From an uncultured Bacteroidota bacterium (GTDB taxonomy: Bacteria > Bacteroidota > Bacteroidia > Bacteroidales > GWA2-32-17): 64,000 nt of DNA. The stretch lies in NCBI GenBank assembly GCA_903837285.1, contig CAILUD010000145.1, positions 2,697 to 66,696 of the forward strand, in the 5' to 3' direction. Made by a program: the position numbers and the translations under genes. Within the stretch, counting starts at the first letter, position 1; every line of letters starts with the position of its first letter. Below are positions 19,329 through 29,185 of the stretch, in pieces. A model generated the notes under the pieces. The model worked only from the letters and a program-made list of their open reading frames with translations. It made no database searches and was not told the origin of the DNA.

Positions 19329-19449
19329 AGAATTACAAATCAAAAATCTTCGACAACTCAGCATGAATATAGCCCATCTCCTTCACGAAACAAATAATGG
19401 TTTTAATTATTATACCGAATAGTTAAGAATCTAAAAGAATTAAACGTTG

Positions 19450-22400
19450 TTATTGCGATAACGTAAATTTCACACTTACCCCAATTTTTGTATCGTAAGT
19501 ATCGTAGCTAGTCGAAATTTTTGGTTTACGAACATTTCGTTTATAAAAGATTTGTAAATTAAAATTCTGACCAAGTTGATAATCTGCAGTAAAATTAAGT
19601 GTCAACATTTTTTGTCCTGCTGTAAGCTGATCGTATCCACCTGTTAATCCTGTTGTAGTAATTTCAAGTTTGTGAATGATAGTATAATCAGTTCTTATAG
19701 ATAAATCGGCACGAAGGTTTAAATCGCTTTTAAAAGTTTTTCCACCAACAAATTGCAGTGTTAAATCTTTGTATCTATATCCTGTTCCAAAAATAAATTC
19801 CTTGCTTTGCATCTCTGTTATTTGATTGTTGTTTAAACCAAATGAAAGATTTCTGCTTCGTTTAAGTTCAAATTTTGCAATTACGCTATTAATCATAGTA
19901 GCGTCGATACTAATTAACGGACTAAATTGTTCGCTAATCGACACTGCATTTATTTCGCGCTGTGGTATAAAGTTACCTAAAGTATATTTAGTCCAGCTAA
20001 AACCATCCTGATTAAACTCATCAAGGTTATAATCTAAACTTGTAGAAAATGAATTTACACTATATGAAGAACGATAAGCATGAGCCAGAGTAATTGTGCG
20101 GAAATATTTTTTTAATATTTTGATCTTTGTTAAGCCACCATAATTAATACTCCAGTTTGGACTCATACTTGTTATTCCAGGGAACGATGTTAGCGAAATA
20201 CGGTCGGGGCTTTTCCCCGAATATGCGGCTAAGAATGCTGGAATAAGTACTTCTTGTGAAGTTGGACCATAACCTTCTGGGAATTCATCTAAGCTTGAGG
20301 GTACTATATATCCAGTAGAATTAGCAATTGAACTTTGTGCACGCTCAGCTGCAAGTCTTCTGGCAATTGCAATTCTGTAATCTTTAAAATGCTGAAAATT
20401 ATTTGAACTATAATCGTCATTAAATTTTTCGAAAGTTGTATTCCAGGTGTTATATGTCATGCTAAAACTTCCTGTAACTTGTTTTCCGAATGCAGAAAAA
20501 TAATCGGTAAGACTGTCGTAAGTATAGTATCTAGTGTTGTTTTCAGAAAATGTTCTGTTACCAGTAACATCAATTCTCATTCCGCTTAACGGTTCAATTG
20601 TAGCGCGTATGTTAAGAGTTTTTGTGTTATTCATTAAGTATGCTGCATTCAAACGTGTATCATCTGTTACCCAACGATGATCGTTTGCAGCTTTTGAGCC
20701 AAATGCAGTATCTTGAAAACCAGAAATAAAACCAACGCCTGGAGCAAAGCCTTTTGATTCCATCCCTAAAATATTTGTGTTTGGTTTATAACCAGGTAAA
20801 ACAGTTCCGCTATTATCAGAATAAGTTACAGTAATATTTTTTACACACATTAAAAGTCTTGCTGTTTGCTCAAGAGTTATAATAAAGAAATTATCCTCTT
20901 TTTCTTTTTGTCCGGTAATTACAACTGTTGCAAAATCTATATCTTTATCTACAGTAACAAGAACTCTGTTTTCTGTAACAATTTTTAAAACATTTGGTAC
21001 GTCAGCACCCGAAGAGTCGGTGATTTTAATTGTAACATCAATTGTTGCAAGTTTGTGAGATATTGATTTAGGTATTTTAGCTTTAAAATTGTACTTTCTT
21101 GGTGGATCGCCTTGTTTTGGGAATATTACAGTTTCTTTTTGCTTTTTAGTTGGTTTTTTACCTTTAGCATATTTCTGATTTATTCTTTGCAATACAGGCA
21201 ATTTGTTATATAACGAAAGCATGTTTGCCTGTCCGTTAATCTGACGGGTGTTAGAATTTTTAATAGTATTCCCTAAATTAATTGATTCGTCTGCAAAGCG
21301 TGGGGTTGCAATCCACTCGTAAGTGCCGCCATATCTAGCCGAAGCTGTTAACCAGTTTAGGATAGGAATTTTATTTATAGGTATAGTATAGTTTAAATTA
21401 AAATTATGACGGTAATTTGTAGTTCGGCCAAAATTCTGTACATTTTTCCAAACAGAATCTTTCCATAGTTGATATTCTTCCTTATAATCTTTATCAACTC
21501 TTTGTCCGTTTTGAATAGGCTCATCAATTTTTGCAATGTTATTTGCCGAGAAATCAAATTTAAGTGACTTTGTTATATCATATTTAAAATCATAAATTCT
21601 GTTCCATTGAAAATCCTTTGTGTACGTTGTTGGTATAGTATAACTCATGTTTTCAATGTTACGTAACTGAACTTCGTTATAAGTCCTGTCTACGTCAGTC
21701 ATAAAAGAGAATTGTGAAGGCAGATAATTAAAGTTAAAATCCTTAATGAGCTTTAAAAGAGGTTTGTTAAGAAACTTACTATTTTGAAATGGCACTACAT
21801 TTTTAGGTGTAGTGTTATAATTATAAGTTAATGCACCACGATACATTTTCTGGCGATTAAATATTGTAGAAATATTTCTCGAAAACTGTTCGCTATATGA
21901 GTAACTTACTGCAAAGTTCGAAACATCCCATGGCGCAGGAGTAGAGCTTGTAGAATTTAATTTAACATTAGTAAAGTTCAAACTTTTTCTTCTTGTATAA
22001 TCCTGAACCATTTTTCTTAAAGAATCTTTTTGTTCTTTTGATTCAAGATCGGCAAGTGAAATTTTTAACGGAATATCAGGATCTAACGGGTTATACTGTG
22101 GATTTCTAAAACCTTCCGAAAATCCAATAAACATTGGTATACTAAGCTTTACTTTTTCGGGTAAAAATTTTCCTAACTCAAAGTTAGAAGCTATATCATA
22201 TTGGTATGCTTGTTCTTTGCTTCGTTCGTTAACTTTCTTTTCAATACTTCCAAAACCAGGTGTGCTGGTTGATCCTGATACTGTAACAGTACCAAAATCG
22301 GCAAGCTTAGCCGACATTCTTAAATTAGCTGCCCAGCCTCCTTTTTCATCAAAATCTGTTAGTCGTAATTCGTTAACCCAAACTTCAATACATTTAGGCA

Positions 22401-25400
22401 TGCCGTCGTCGGGAATATTATTTTCTGTTTTTTTACGATTGCGAATCCCAATCATTATAGTTCTGATATTACTTAGATTAGGATTTCCAACAACAGATAC
22501 TCTATTGTTACCAACTGGAATGTCGTATAATTTAGTTAAAGAAACATCACTGCCTCCTCGCCTCATGTCGCTGTTTCTTAGCTGCTTTACTCTTTGTAAG
22601 TCTTCAAATGGGAAATCGAACATATTAGATTCCGGCCAAACTATTTCACGTGCTGTTTGATCGTCATTATTGTAAGAACCAGGAGGTGTTATTGCAAGCG
22701 GAATTTCATATTCGTAAAAATTATTCTGATAATCTGATCCTATTCTAATAAACACGCATACATCATTATTGCTGATAGGCAAGCCTAGCATAGCCTCAGC
22801 ATGAACATACATCTGCAAACGTTTATATTGTCTAACGTCTAATGTTACATTTCTATATGCAGCTCTTCCATCACCGTCTTCAAGTGCACATGCTTTTAAT
22901 ACCAGAGCCTGTTCGTTTAACTGGCGCAATTGAGGATTGGTGGGGTCAATTACTCTGTCAACATCCGGAGGTAAAACATAATTAATAGGTGATTTTGAAC
23001 CATTTTCCTCAATATTTACTGCAGAAATATCAAAAGCAGCATCTGTTAGTTCAACTGGAAGTGCCGGGCCACCTTCTAATAATGAGGTATTGTATTTTCT
23101 CCATTCACCTCTTACAAGTTCTAATTTTGCAAAACGTAAAATAACGGGTTTTTCAAAACCTTTTAAAAACATTCTGAAAAAGCGAATAGATTTAAAATCC
23201 TGAATATTCCCAACTATAGTATCTGGCTTATAAAGCGGCACTTTAAACTGATACCATTTAACAGGATCACCATTTTTATTTTGACCGGTTATTTCATCAA
23301 CAATATAATTTTGTCCAACTTGTAATTTGTCAGGTCGCAGCTGAATTTTATACTGAAAATAACTTTCAAATTCACTTAAAGTATTGTCGCGGTTTATGTC
23401 TTCTGTATTTGGTTGTGTAGTTGCTGCATTTGGGTAACTTTCTGGCGAGAGCTCTGTTGGCAAACTATTTACTTCTAGCCCGTTGTAGTCTTTATATCTG
23501 TCCAAAATACCAAGCCCTCTTGAATCATAATCACTACCTCTGTAAAAACGATAATCATCAGATGATGGGTCATTATAAGCATTTTGATAAGCTACAGAGC
23601 CAGGATAAAACCGATTCATAGAATCAATAAATGCATTTGATACATTAGGGTTAGCGCTACTAAAAAATGAACGTTCATTTGTATTTGAAAGTCCATCTAA
23701 ACCAACATCCTGAAAAGGTCTTGAATCAACCTGATTATCGAATGCATTAACAACAGACTGAATAACCGGAACTCTGCCCCAAACAGTTGTATCGACTAAA
23801 GAAACAGTGGATGTTGTTGGCAATCCATTTTCGAATGATTTTCTGCCATCGCGTAAAACATCTTCAGAAATATCACCTAAGTTAAAATACAGATTACCGC
23901 CTTGATATAATGAGTCGGTTTCATATTTAAATGGATCCATTAACCAGAATTCAACAAACTCAATATTTGCAGCTTCAAAATCGTTGCTTTCAATTTTACG
24001 CATTATACCGCCCCAGCGAGATGTAGGATTTGTAAATTTGCCGGTAAGAGCATCAAGATTTAAGTAGTCGTAATTATACGGACCTCTTTCTTCGGGATAA
24101 AAGGCAAAATTTAAAATAGGAATATATGAAGGAACACCATTTTGTTGCTCTTTGTTAGGCCAAATTTCTTTTTCGTAAACTTCGCGACTAAGGTGATTTG
24201 TTAAATCGGCTGAAATATTGGACGGAGTAACAGAAGTTTCGCGATAAAAAACTGATGGATCGATAACATACCAAGCAGTTTTTGCACGATTATAACCAAC
24301 GGAAATATTGTTAAACAGATTTCCTTCAGCAAATATTCCTGGCTGTCCTTGTGGTGTACTTGCAAGTACCCATGAGCTAACAGACCGTAAATCTATTGAA
24401 GATTTGCTGCCTTCAAAATCATCAATATAAGAAATTCCATTTTTTGCAATTGCTTTACTGTGTCCGGGAATTAAATGTGCAAACTCACCTGTTACCATGA
24501 AATTTGATGCAGCTTTTGTTTCTAAAAATGGAAGCTTGTCTACAATTTTTGTTATAAGTCTTGATTCTGTTCTATATGTTCCATCTAGCCCCCAAATTGT
24601 ATTTGAAATAGGCTCGTCACCAATACCAACTTTTTGAGTTAATGGTCTTTCTGTTAAGTTTAAAATTGTGGCGCCTAAACTAAAATCTTTATTAACCTGA
24701 TAATTTAAATGCATTCCCATTAAGGTTTTGCTTTGTATGTTAAATAAAGATTGACTTTCGAGCGAAATTTTAATAGGAGTTCCTGATTGTAACAAACCTT
24801 GGTTAATAATTTTTACACGACCTAAAGTATAATCAACTGTGTAATCCTGATTTTCTACTAAAATCTGTCCACCAGCCGTTACCTTTACAGAACCTTGTGG
24901 AATATTCATCGCATTTAAAGCAATATCTGAACCTGATGCAGATTTATAACTCCCCTTCATAAAGAATTTATTTTTTTCTGCAAGTTGTCTGGCTTTGCTT
25001 TGCGTAGAATCGTAAAGTTCCTGATATGAGAATTGTGAAGCTAATGTAGCTTGAGTAGGGTCGTTGTAAACCATTTTATCATATAAGTAATTTCCAAAAG
25101 GTTCTTTAACCGGAAAAATTACTCTTCCATTTGATGAGTTAATGGTAACTTTATCAATAAAGTCGAAACGACCATCGGGATAAGGATCAAGTTGAGAATT
25201 TAATCTGTCGAGATTAAGAACTTCGATAAGAGGTTTTCTATCAATAGCACCAACCGGAACAAAGTTTATAGCTGTACCAGTTTTATCGTTCTGGTACATT
25301 ACATCTAGTTTAAAATCTTCGCTATTAACCTGGTATGCGCCAATCGAGTAAATGTTTTTCATCATCAAATGCCACATTGGGTTTTGAGGTGTAAGCGAAG

Positions 25401-26931
25401 TTCCTTTTATAAGTTTTAAAATAAGTGCATTAGGCGAAGCTATTGTGTTTGAAAACTCACCAACTTTAAAGTTTTTACCACCAACAGTATATTCGTAGGC
25501 AACAGCTAAAACTTCGTCAGAATTTAATGCCGAATTAAGTGAAATATATCCCAGAGTTGGGAATATTGTGTACTCTGAGGGGCTTAGCATTCTCATCGAT
25601 TCGGTAGCATTATAATCTGTTCCGCTTGAAAAAATACCGCTTAATATACTGTTTACAGAAGAAAGTGTTCTTATACCATCGTATGTAGTTTCAGCGTGAT
25701 TTAATGAATTTATTGTATCGGCAGGATAAGGATAAGAATATCCGGGAGTTAATGAAACATTTGAATTATAAATATTCGATAAACCTGTAACAGTATTCAT
25801 TCCTTCACCTAAATCTGTAAACGCAACTACGTTGCGGGCATCGGTGTAATTACCACTTTTATTTGTAACCCAGACTTCTATTCTGCTTATATTAATTCCA
25901 GAGTTTATTAGAGGAAGGCTAGCTAAAAAATTGTCGTAGTTATCGTAAAAATATTTTCCAAGGAAAAAATGGCGATTTGCTTCGTATTGGTCGGCATATA
26001 CCTCGAAATTACTTATCTGTGCTCCGCCCTGAACTTCAACCACCTGAGATTTTCCTTTTTGTTGAGAGAAAATATTTGTAACGGTTAATTTACCAAATTG
26101 CAATTCTGTTTTTATTCCAAAAAGGCTATAACTTCCATTAATTAATGATCCTGTTAAAGGTAAACTAACATTACCAGCTTCAATTTTGCGGATAATTTCA
26201 TCTTCTTTACCTTCGTATGCAAGCTTCATGTTGTTTTCAAATTCGAATGAAGCTTCGGTATTATAACTTGCACTAAGCTTTAATTTATCGCCAATTTGAC
26301 CGGTCACATTCATCTGAATTTTTTCCTGAAAATCGAAAGTTGTAACTTTTCTTTGTTTTACAGGAAGTTGTGGATTATCTGTGCGGTTAGTATTTAATCC
26401 AAAGATAAGTTCAGCCGAACCTTGTGGTTTAATATCTATTGTACTGCTTCCAAAAATAGTATTAAATACATCACCTAATATCCTGATTTGAGGAATAAGA
26501 TGTGATTGGTTTTGGAAATTTTCGCCTTGAAAACGTTGCCTCCAATAACCTTTTATTGCTCTGTCAAAATCTTCTTTCTGATAATCTTCAAAAGACATTG
26601 ATTCTGGGGTTCGATATCTTAAGCTACCAATATTTTCGTTAATATTATATTCGTTATTTTCTGCATCGTATTCAACTTCAGTTGTGATGTTTGAAGGTTT
26701 ATGCAAATACATACCAGATTCGTATCCCTGGTTAACGCCCGATTTATTACCTTGATCGTTAAACGGAAAAGGAAGAGTTGTAGTAGAATCTTTTTTTCCG
26801 GTATCGGGTGGTGCAAAATATAAATCTGAAGCAGAGGTAATTCGTTGCTTGGTAACTGGCTTTAACATAATAAATGGCCATACCGAAGCAAGGGCTGCAA
26901 AAAAAACGATATTTACAAATACACTCTTCAA
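19450..26931 (-). CDS. sprA: T9SS translocon / cell surface protein SprA
   Basis: 2493-aa beta-rich protein with an N-terminal signal sequence, the size and composition typical of SprA. It lies 15 nt downstream of ruvA. The only in-frame start before the signal peptide is TTG 26931. Confidence 0.92.
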   Translation of the reverse strand: MKSVFVNIVFFAALASVWPFIMLKPVTKQRITSASDLYFAPPDTGKKDSTTTLPFPFNDQGNKSGVNQGYESGMYLHKPSNITTEVEYDAENNEYNINENIGSLRYRTPESMSFEDYQKEDFDRAIKGYWRQRFQGENFQNQSHLIPQIRILGDVFNTIFGSSTIDIKPQGSAELIFGLNTNRTDNPQLPVKQRKVTTFDFQEKIQMNVTGQIGDKLKLSASYNTEASFEFENNMKLAYEGKEDEIIRKIEAGNVSLPLTGSLINGSYSLFGIKTELQFGKLTVTNIFSQQKGKSQVVEVQGGAQISNFEVYADQYEANRHFFLGKYFYDNYDNFLASLPLINSGINISRIEVWVTNKSGNYTDARNVVAFTDLGEGMNTVTGLSNIYNSNVSLTPGYSYPYPADTINSLNHAETTYDGIRTLSSVNSILSGIFSSGTDYNATESMRMLSPSEYTIFPTLGYISLNSALNSDEVLAVAYEYTVGGKNFKVGEFSNTIASPNALILKLIKGTSLTPQNPMWHLMMKNIYSIGAYQVNSEDFKLDVMYQNDKTGTAINFVPVGAIDRKPLIEVLNLDRLNSQLDPYPDGRFDFIDKVTINSSNGRVIFPVKEPFGNYLYDKMVYNDPTQATLASQFSYQELYDSTQSKARQLAEKNKFFMKGSYKSASGSDIALNAMNIPQGSVKVTAGGQILVENQDYTVDYTLGRVKIINQGLLQSGTPIKISLESQSLFNIQSKTLMGMHLNYQVNKDFSLGATILNLTERPLTQKVGIGDEPISNTIWGLDGTYRTESRLITKIVDKLPFLETKAASNFMVTGEFAHLIPGHSKAIAKNGISYIDDFEGSKSSIDLRSVSSWVLASTPQGQPGIFAEGNLFNNISVGYNRAKTAWYVIDPSVFYRETSVTPSNISADLTNHLSREVYEKEIWPNKEQQNGVPSYIPILNFAFYPEERGPYNYDYLNLDALTGKFTNPTSRWGGIMRKIESNDFEAANIEFVEFWLMDPFKYETDSLYQGGNLYFNLGDISEDVLRDGRKSFENGLPTTSTVSLVDTTVWGRVPVIQSVVNAFDNQVDSRPFQDVGLDGLSNTNERSFFSSANPNVSNAFIDSMNRFYPGSVAYQNAYNDPSSDDYRFYRGSDYDSRGLGILDRYKDYNGLEVNSLPTELSPESYPNAATTQPNTEDINRDNTLSEFESYFQYKIQLRPDKLQVGQNYIVDEITGQNKNGDPVKWYQFKVPLYKPDTIVGNIQDFKSIRFFRMFLKGFEKPVILRFAKLELVRGEWRKYNTSLLEGGPALPVELTDAAFDISAVNIEENGSKSPINYVLPPDVDRVIDPTNPQLRQLNEQALVLKACALEDGDGRAAYRNVTLDVRQYKRLQMYVHAEAMLGLPISNNDVCVFIRIGSDYQNNFYEYEIPLAITPPGSYNNDDQTAREIVWPESNMFDFPFEDLQRVKQLRNSDMRRGGSDVSLTKLYDIPVGNNRVSVVGNPNLSNIRTIMIGIRNRKKTENNIPDDGMPKCIEVWVNELRLTDFDEKGGWAANLRMSAKLADFGTVTVSGSTSTPGFGSIEKKVNERSKEQAYQYDIASNFELGKFLPEKVKLSIPMFIGFSEGFRNPQYNPLDPDIPLKISLADLESKEQKDSLRKMVQDYTRRKSLNFTNVKLNSTSSTPAPWDVSNFAVSYSYSEQFSRNISTIFNRQKMYRGALTYNYNTTPKNVVPFQNSKFLNKPLLKLIKDFNFNYLPSQFSFMTDVDRTYNEVQLRNIENMSYTIPTTYTKDFQWNRIYDFKYDITKSLKFDFSANNIAKIDEPIQNGQRVDKDYKEEYQLWKDSVWKNVQNFGRTTNYRHNFNLNYTIPINKIPILNWLTASARYGGTYEWIATPRFADESINLGNTIKNSNTRQINGQANMLSLYNKLPVLQRINQKYAKGKKPTKKQKETVIFPKQGDPPRKYNFKAKIPKSISHKLATIDVTIKITDSSGADVPNVLKIVTENRVLVTVDKDIDFATVVITGQKEKEDNFFIITLEQTARLLMCVKNITVTYSDNSGTVLPGYKPNTNILGMESKGFAPGVGFISGFQDTAFGSKAANDHRWVTDDTRLNAAYLMNNTKTLNIRATIEPLSGMRIDVTGNRTFSENNTRYYTYDSLTDYFSAFGKQVTGSFSMTYNTWNTTFEKFNDDYSSNNFQHFKDYRIAIARRLAAERAQSSIANSTGYIVPSSLDEFPEGYGPTSQEVLIPAFLAAYSGKSPDRISLTSFPGITSMSPNWSINYGGLTKIKILKKYFRTITLAHAYRSSYSVNSFSTSLDYNLDEFNQDGFSWTKYTLGNFIPQREINAVSISEQFSPLISIDATMINSVIAKFELKRSRNLSFGLNNNQITEMQSKEFIFGTGYRYKDLTLQFVGGKTFKSDLNLRADLSIRTDYTIIHKLEITTTGLTGGYDQLTAGQKMLTLNFTADYQLGQNFNLQIFYKRNVRKPKISTSYDTYDTKIGVSVKFTLSQ

Positions 26932-26946
26932 CTTTTAGATAGATGT

Positions 26947-27528
26947 TTATAGTTGCTTTAATGCCTGTTTCACAAGTTCTTCGGCAGTCATTCCTGCTTT
27001 CTCTGACAGTAATTTATCAAGTGCTTTTTCAGATACATTTCTTGGAAATCCTAACATTAACAGTGCAGATAACGCTTCATCTCTCATTGTATTGTGTGCA
27101 CCTTTAAAAATTTCTTCCTGACCTCCAATTTTTGCAATTTTATCACGCAAATCGACTATAATTCTTTCTGCAGTTTTTTGTCCAATACCTTTTATTCCTT
27201 TTAATAATAAGATGTTGGCTCCCATAATTGCTCTTTGAATTTCTTCGGCACTAAGTGATGAAAGCATCATTCTGGCGGTGTTCGGTCCAACACCGCTTAC
27301 CGAAATTAATTGACGAAATAATTCTCTTTCCTGCCTTGTGCTAAATCCAAAAAATAGTTGAGCATCTTCGCGAATAACGTGATGAAGATATAACTGACAA
27401 TTTTCGGTGCCGTTAATTTTTGAGTAAGTGCTTAGTGAAATATTTATAATATAGCCAATTCCATTATTCTCAACCACAGCATAAGCTGGTGTAATTTCAG
27501 TTAATTTTCCGCTAATATATTCGTACAT
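26947..27528 (-). CDS. ruvA: Holliday junction branch migration protein RuvA
   Basis: MYEYISGKL...GIGY N-terminus and SVSGVGPNTA / IKGIGQKTAERI helix-hairpin-helix motifs. Confidence 0.95.
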   Translation of the reverse strand: MYEYISGKLTEITPAYAVVENNGIGYIINISLSTYSKINGTENCQLYLHHVIREDAQLFFGFSTRQERELFRQLISVSGVGPNTARMMLSSLSAEEIQRAIMGANILLLKGIKGIGQKTAERIIVDLRDKIAKIGGQEEIFKGAHNTMRDEALSALLMLGFPRNVSEKALDKLLSEKAGMTAEELVKQALKQL

Positions 27529-27603
27529 AAAATAAAGTTAGAAAGTCTAAAAAACTTGCTAAAATAACAAAAAAATGTGGTTTAACATTATAAATAAACT
27601 GTC

Positions 27604-28659
27604 TTATTGATTATTCCCATTTTCTTGAATAACAAGTGGATTAGCAGTTAATTTGCGGTATTCAATTCTTTTGCGGAAAATATCACATGCCATATAAAGA
27701 GCTTTTCTGAAAGAATCTGGCGATGCCTGATTTTTATCTGCAATATCGTATGCTGTTCCATGAGCTGGTGAAGTGCGTACAATTGGTAGTCCCGCAGTAA
27801 AATTTACTCCATCTTCGAAAGCAAGTGATTTAAACGGAATTAGTCCTTGGTCGTGATACATTGCAAGTATAGCATCGAATTTTGCATAATTACCAGAACT
27901 AAAAAAACCATCGGCAGGATATGGACCTAAAGCCATAATTTTTTCGTCGCGGGCAGTTTTTAATGCAGGAATAATTTCAGTTTGTTCTTCATTTCCAATT
28001 AAGCCATTATCACCAGAGTGAGGGTTTAATCCTAAAACTGCAATTCTTGGACGACGAATTCCAAAATCTTCTATTAATGAGCGATTTATAAGTCTTAATT
28101 TTTGAAGAATAATATTTGTTTTAATACTTTGTGCTACTTGTGAAATAGGAATATGACCTGTAACAACTCCAACTTTCATGTTATCGCTAACCATAAACAT
28201 TAACACATCATCACTTCTCCATTTTTCCTGAAGATATTCGGTATGACCAGGGAAATTAAAATCTTTTGATTGTATGCTTTCTTTGTTTATTGGTGCAGTT
28301 ACAAGTACGTCAATTTCACCTTTTTGTAAATCGCTTACTGCTCGTTGTAAAGCGTCAAAAGCTGCTTTGCCACTTTCGGGTGTTGATTTACCCGGATCTA
28401 CTTTAACTTCTTCGTCTGTACAATTTATAATATTAGCTCTTTTAGGATTTGCTTCACCAGCGTTTCTAATTTGGTTAAAGCTGAAATTTTCAATATTTAA
28501 TGCTTTGCGATGATATGATGCTACTTTTGAAGATCCGTAAACAATTGGTGTGCAAATTTCTGTGATTTTAACGTCGCTTAAACATTTTAAAATAATTTCG
28601 TAACCAATGCCATTAATGTCGCCATGTGTTATTCCAACAACTATCTTTTTTTCACTCAT
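27604..28659 (-). CDS. pdxA: 4-hydroxythreonine-4-phosphate dehydrogenase
   Basis: GDINGIGYEI, NPHSGDNG and SPAHGTAYDIA motifs. Confidence 0.9.
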   Translation of the reverse strand: MSEKKIVVGITHGDINGIGYEIILKCLSDVKITEICTPIVYGSSKVASYHRKALNIENFSFNQIRNAGEANPKRANIINCTDEEVKVDPGKSTPESGKAAFDALQRAVSDLQKGEIDVLVTAPINKESIQSKDFNFPGHTEYLQEKWRSDDVLMFMVSDNMKVGVVTGHIPISQVAQSIKTNIILQKLRLINRSLIEDFGIRRPRIAVLGLNPHSGDNGLIGNEEQTEIIPALKTARDEKIMALGPYPADGFFSSGNYAKFDAILAMYHDQGLIPFKSLAFEDGVNFTAGLPIVRTSPAHGTAYDIADKNQASPDSFRKALYMACDIFRKRIEYRKLTANPLVIQENGNNQ

Positions 28660-29077
28660 GATGTAATTTTAATAAAATATGAATACCCACAAAGGTAGTA
28701 AGAAAAATGTGATAGGGTAATTTGAAAAGTTTATTCCAGGGCAAATGCATCAATTTACTCCATTTTAGGACAGGTTAAAATATTAATTATGAAACCTCTA
28801 CAAGGTTTTAATAATATTTATATTGCTAATATTAAAATAATGTTTGCTCTACAAGCAAAACATCGTAGATGTTTAATTTTTGTAAAACAAAATAACTCAT
28901 TATAAACGAACATTGTAGATGTTCCATAATTGAGCACAGCAATCTGTAATAATCAGAAAATTTAATAACCGGAGGTTTTAACGGACATAAAAAAATGAAA
29001 AACATTGTATATAAGCTCCATTGAAGCGACCTGTAACTATTGAAAATTAGATGCGTTTGCCCTAAGTTTACTCTTAA

Positions 29078-29185
29078 AGAAACTGTTTTGAATTTTAAAA
29101 AAATGGTCTGTGAGCCACAGACCAAGAATTAAAATTTTAAAATGGTCCGTAAGTCACAGACCAAGGGGATTTTAATTTCAAAATT
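29078..29185. repeat. Composite intergenic element with two tandem GGTCYGT..ACAGACCAAGG hairpins
   Basis: AGAAACTGTTTTGAATTTT (29078-29096), hairpins at 29102-29126 and 29142-29166, then GGGGATTTTAATTTCAAAA. Confidence 0.7.
29097..29124 (-). terminator. Intrinsic terminator of the valS-lipoprotein unit
   Basis: Minus strand TGGTCTGTG-gct-CACAGACCA followed by T7. The hairpin is a copy of a dispersed repeat. Confidence 0.65.

Noticed and set aside
22217-22660. 147-aa antisense ORF inside sprA (and similar ones at 19826, 23421, 26619)
   Set aside because: All lie inside the uninterrupted 2493-aa SprA frame, and their composition is that of an antisense frame.
28832-29125. 97-aa ORF in the pdxA-upstream gap
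   Set aside because: It runs through the repeat hairpins and palindromes, has odd Phe/Leu/Cys-rich composition, and shows no start context. I treat the region as non-coding.
29102-29166. Possible CRISPR-like array (two similar 25-nt hairpin repeats 40 nt apart)
   Set aside because: There are only two copies and the spacer is a 15-nt AT-rich stretch. No cas genes are present, and a third copy elsewhere sits alone. The pattern fits a REP/terminator repeat, not CRISPR.
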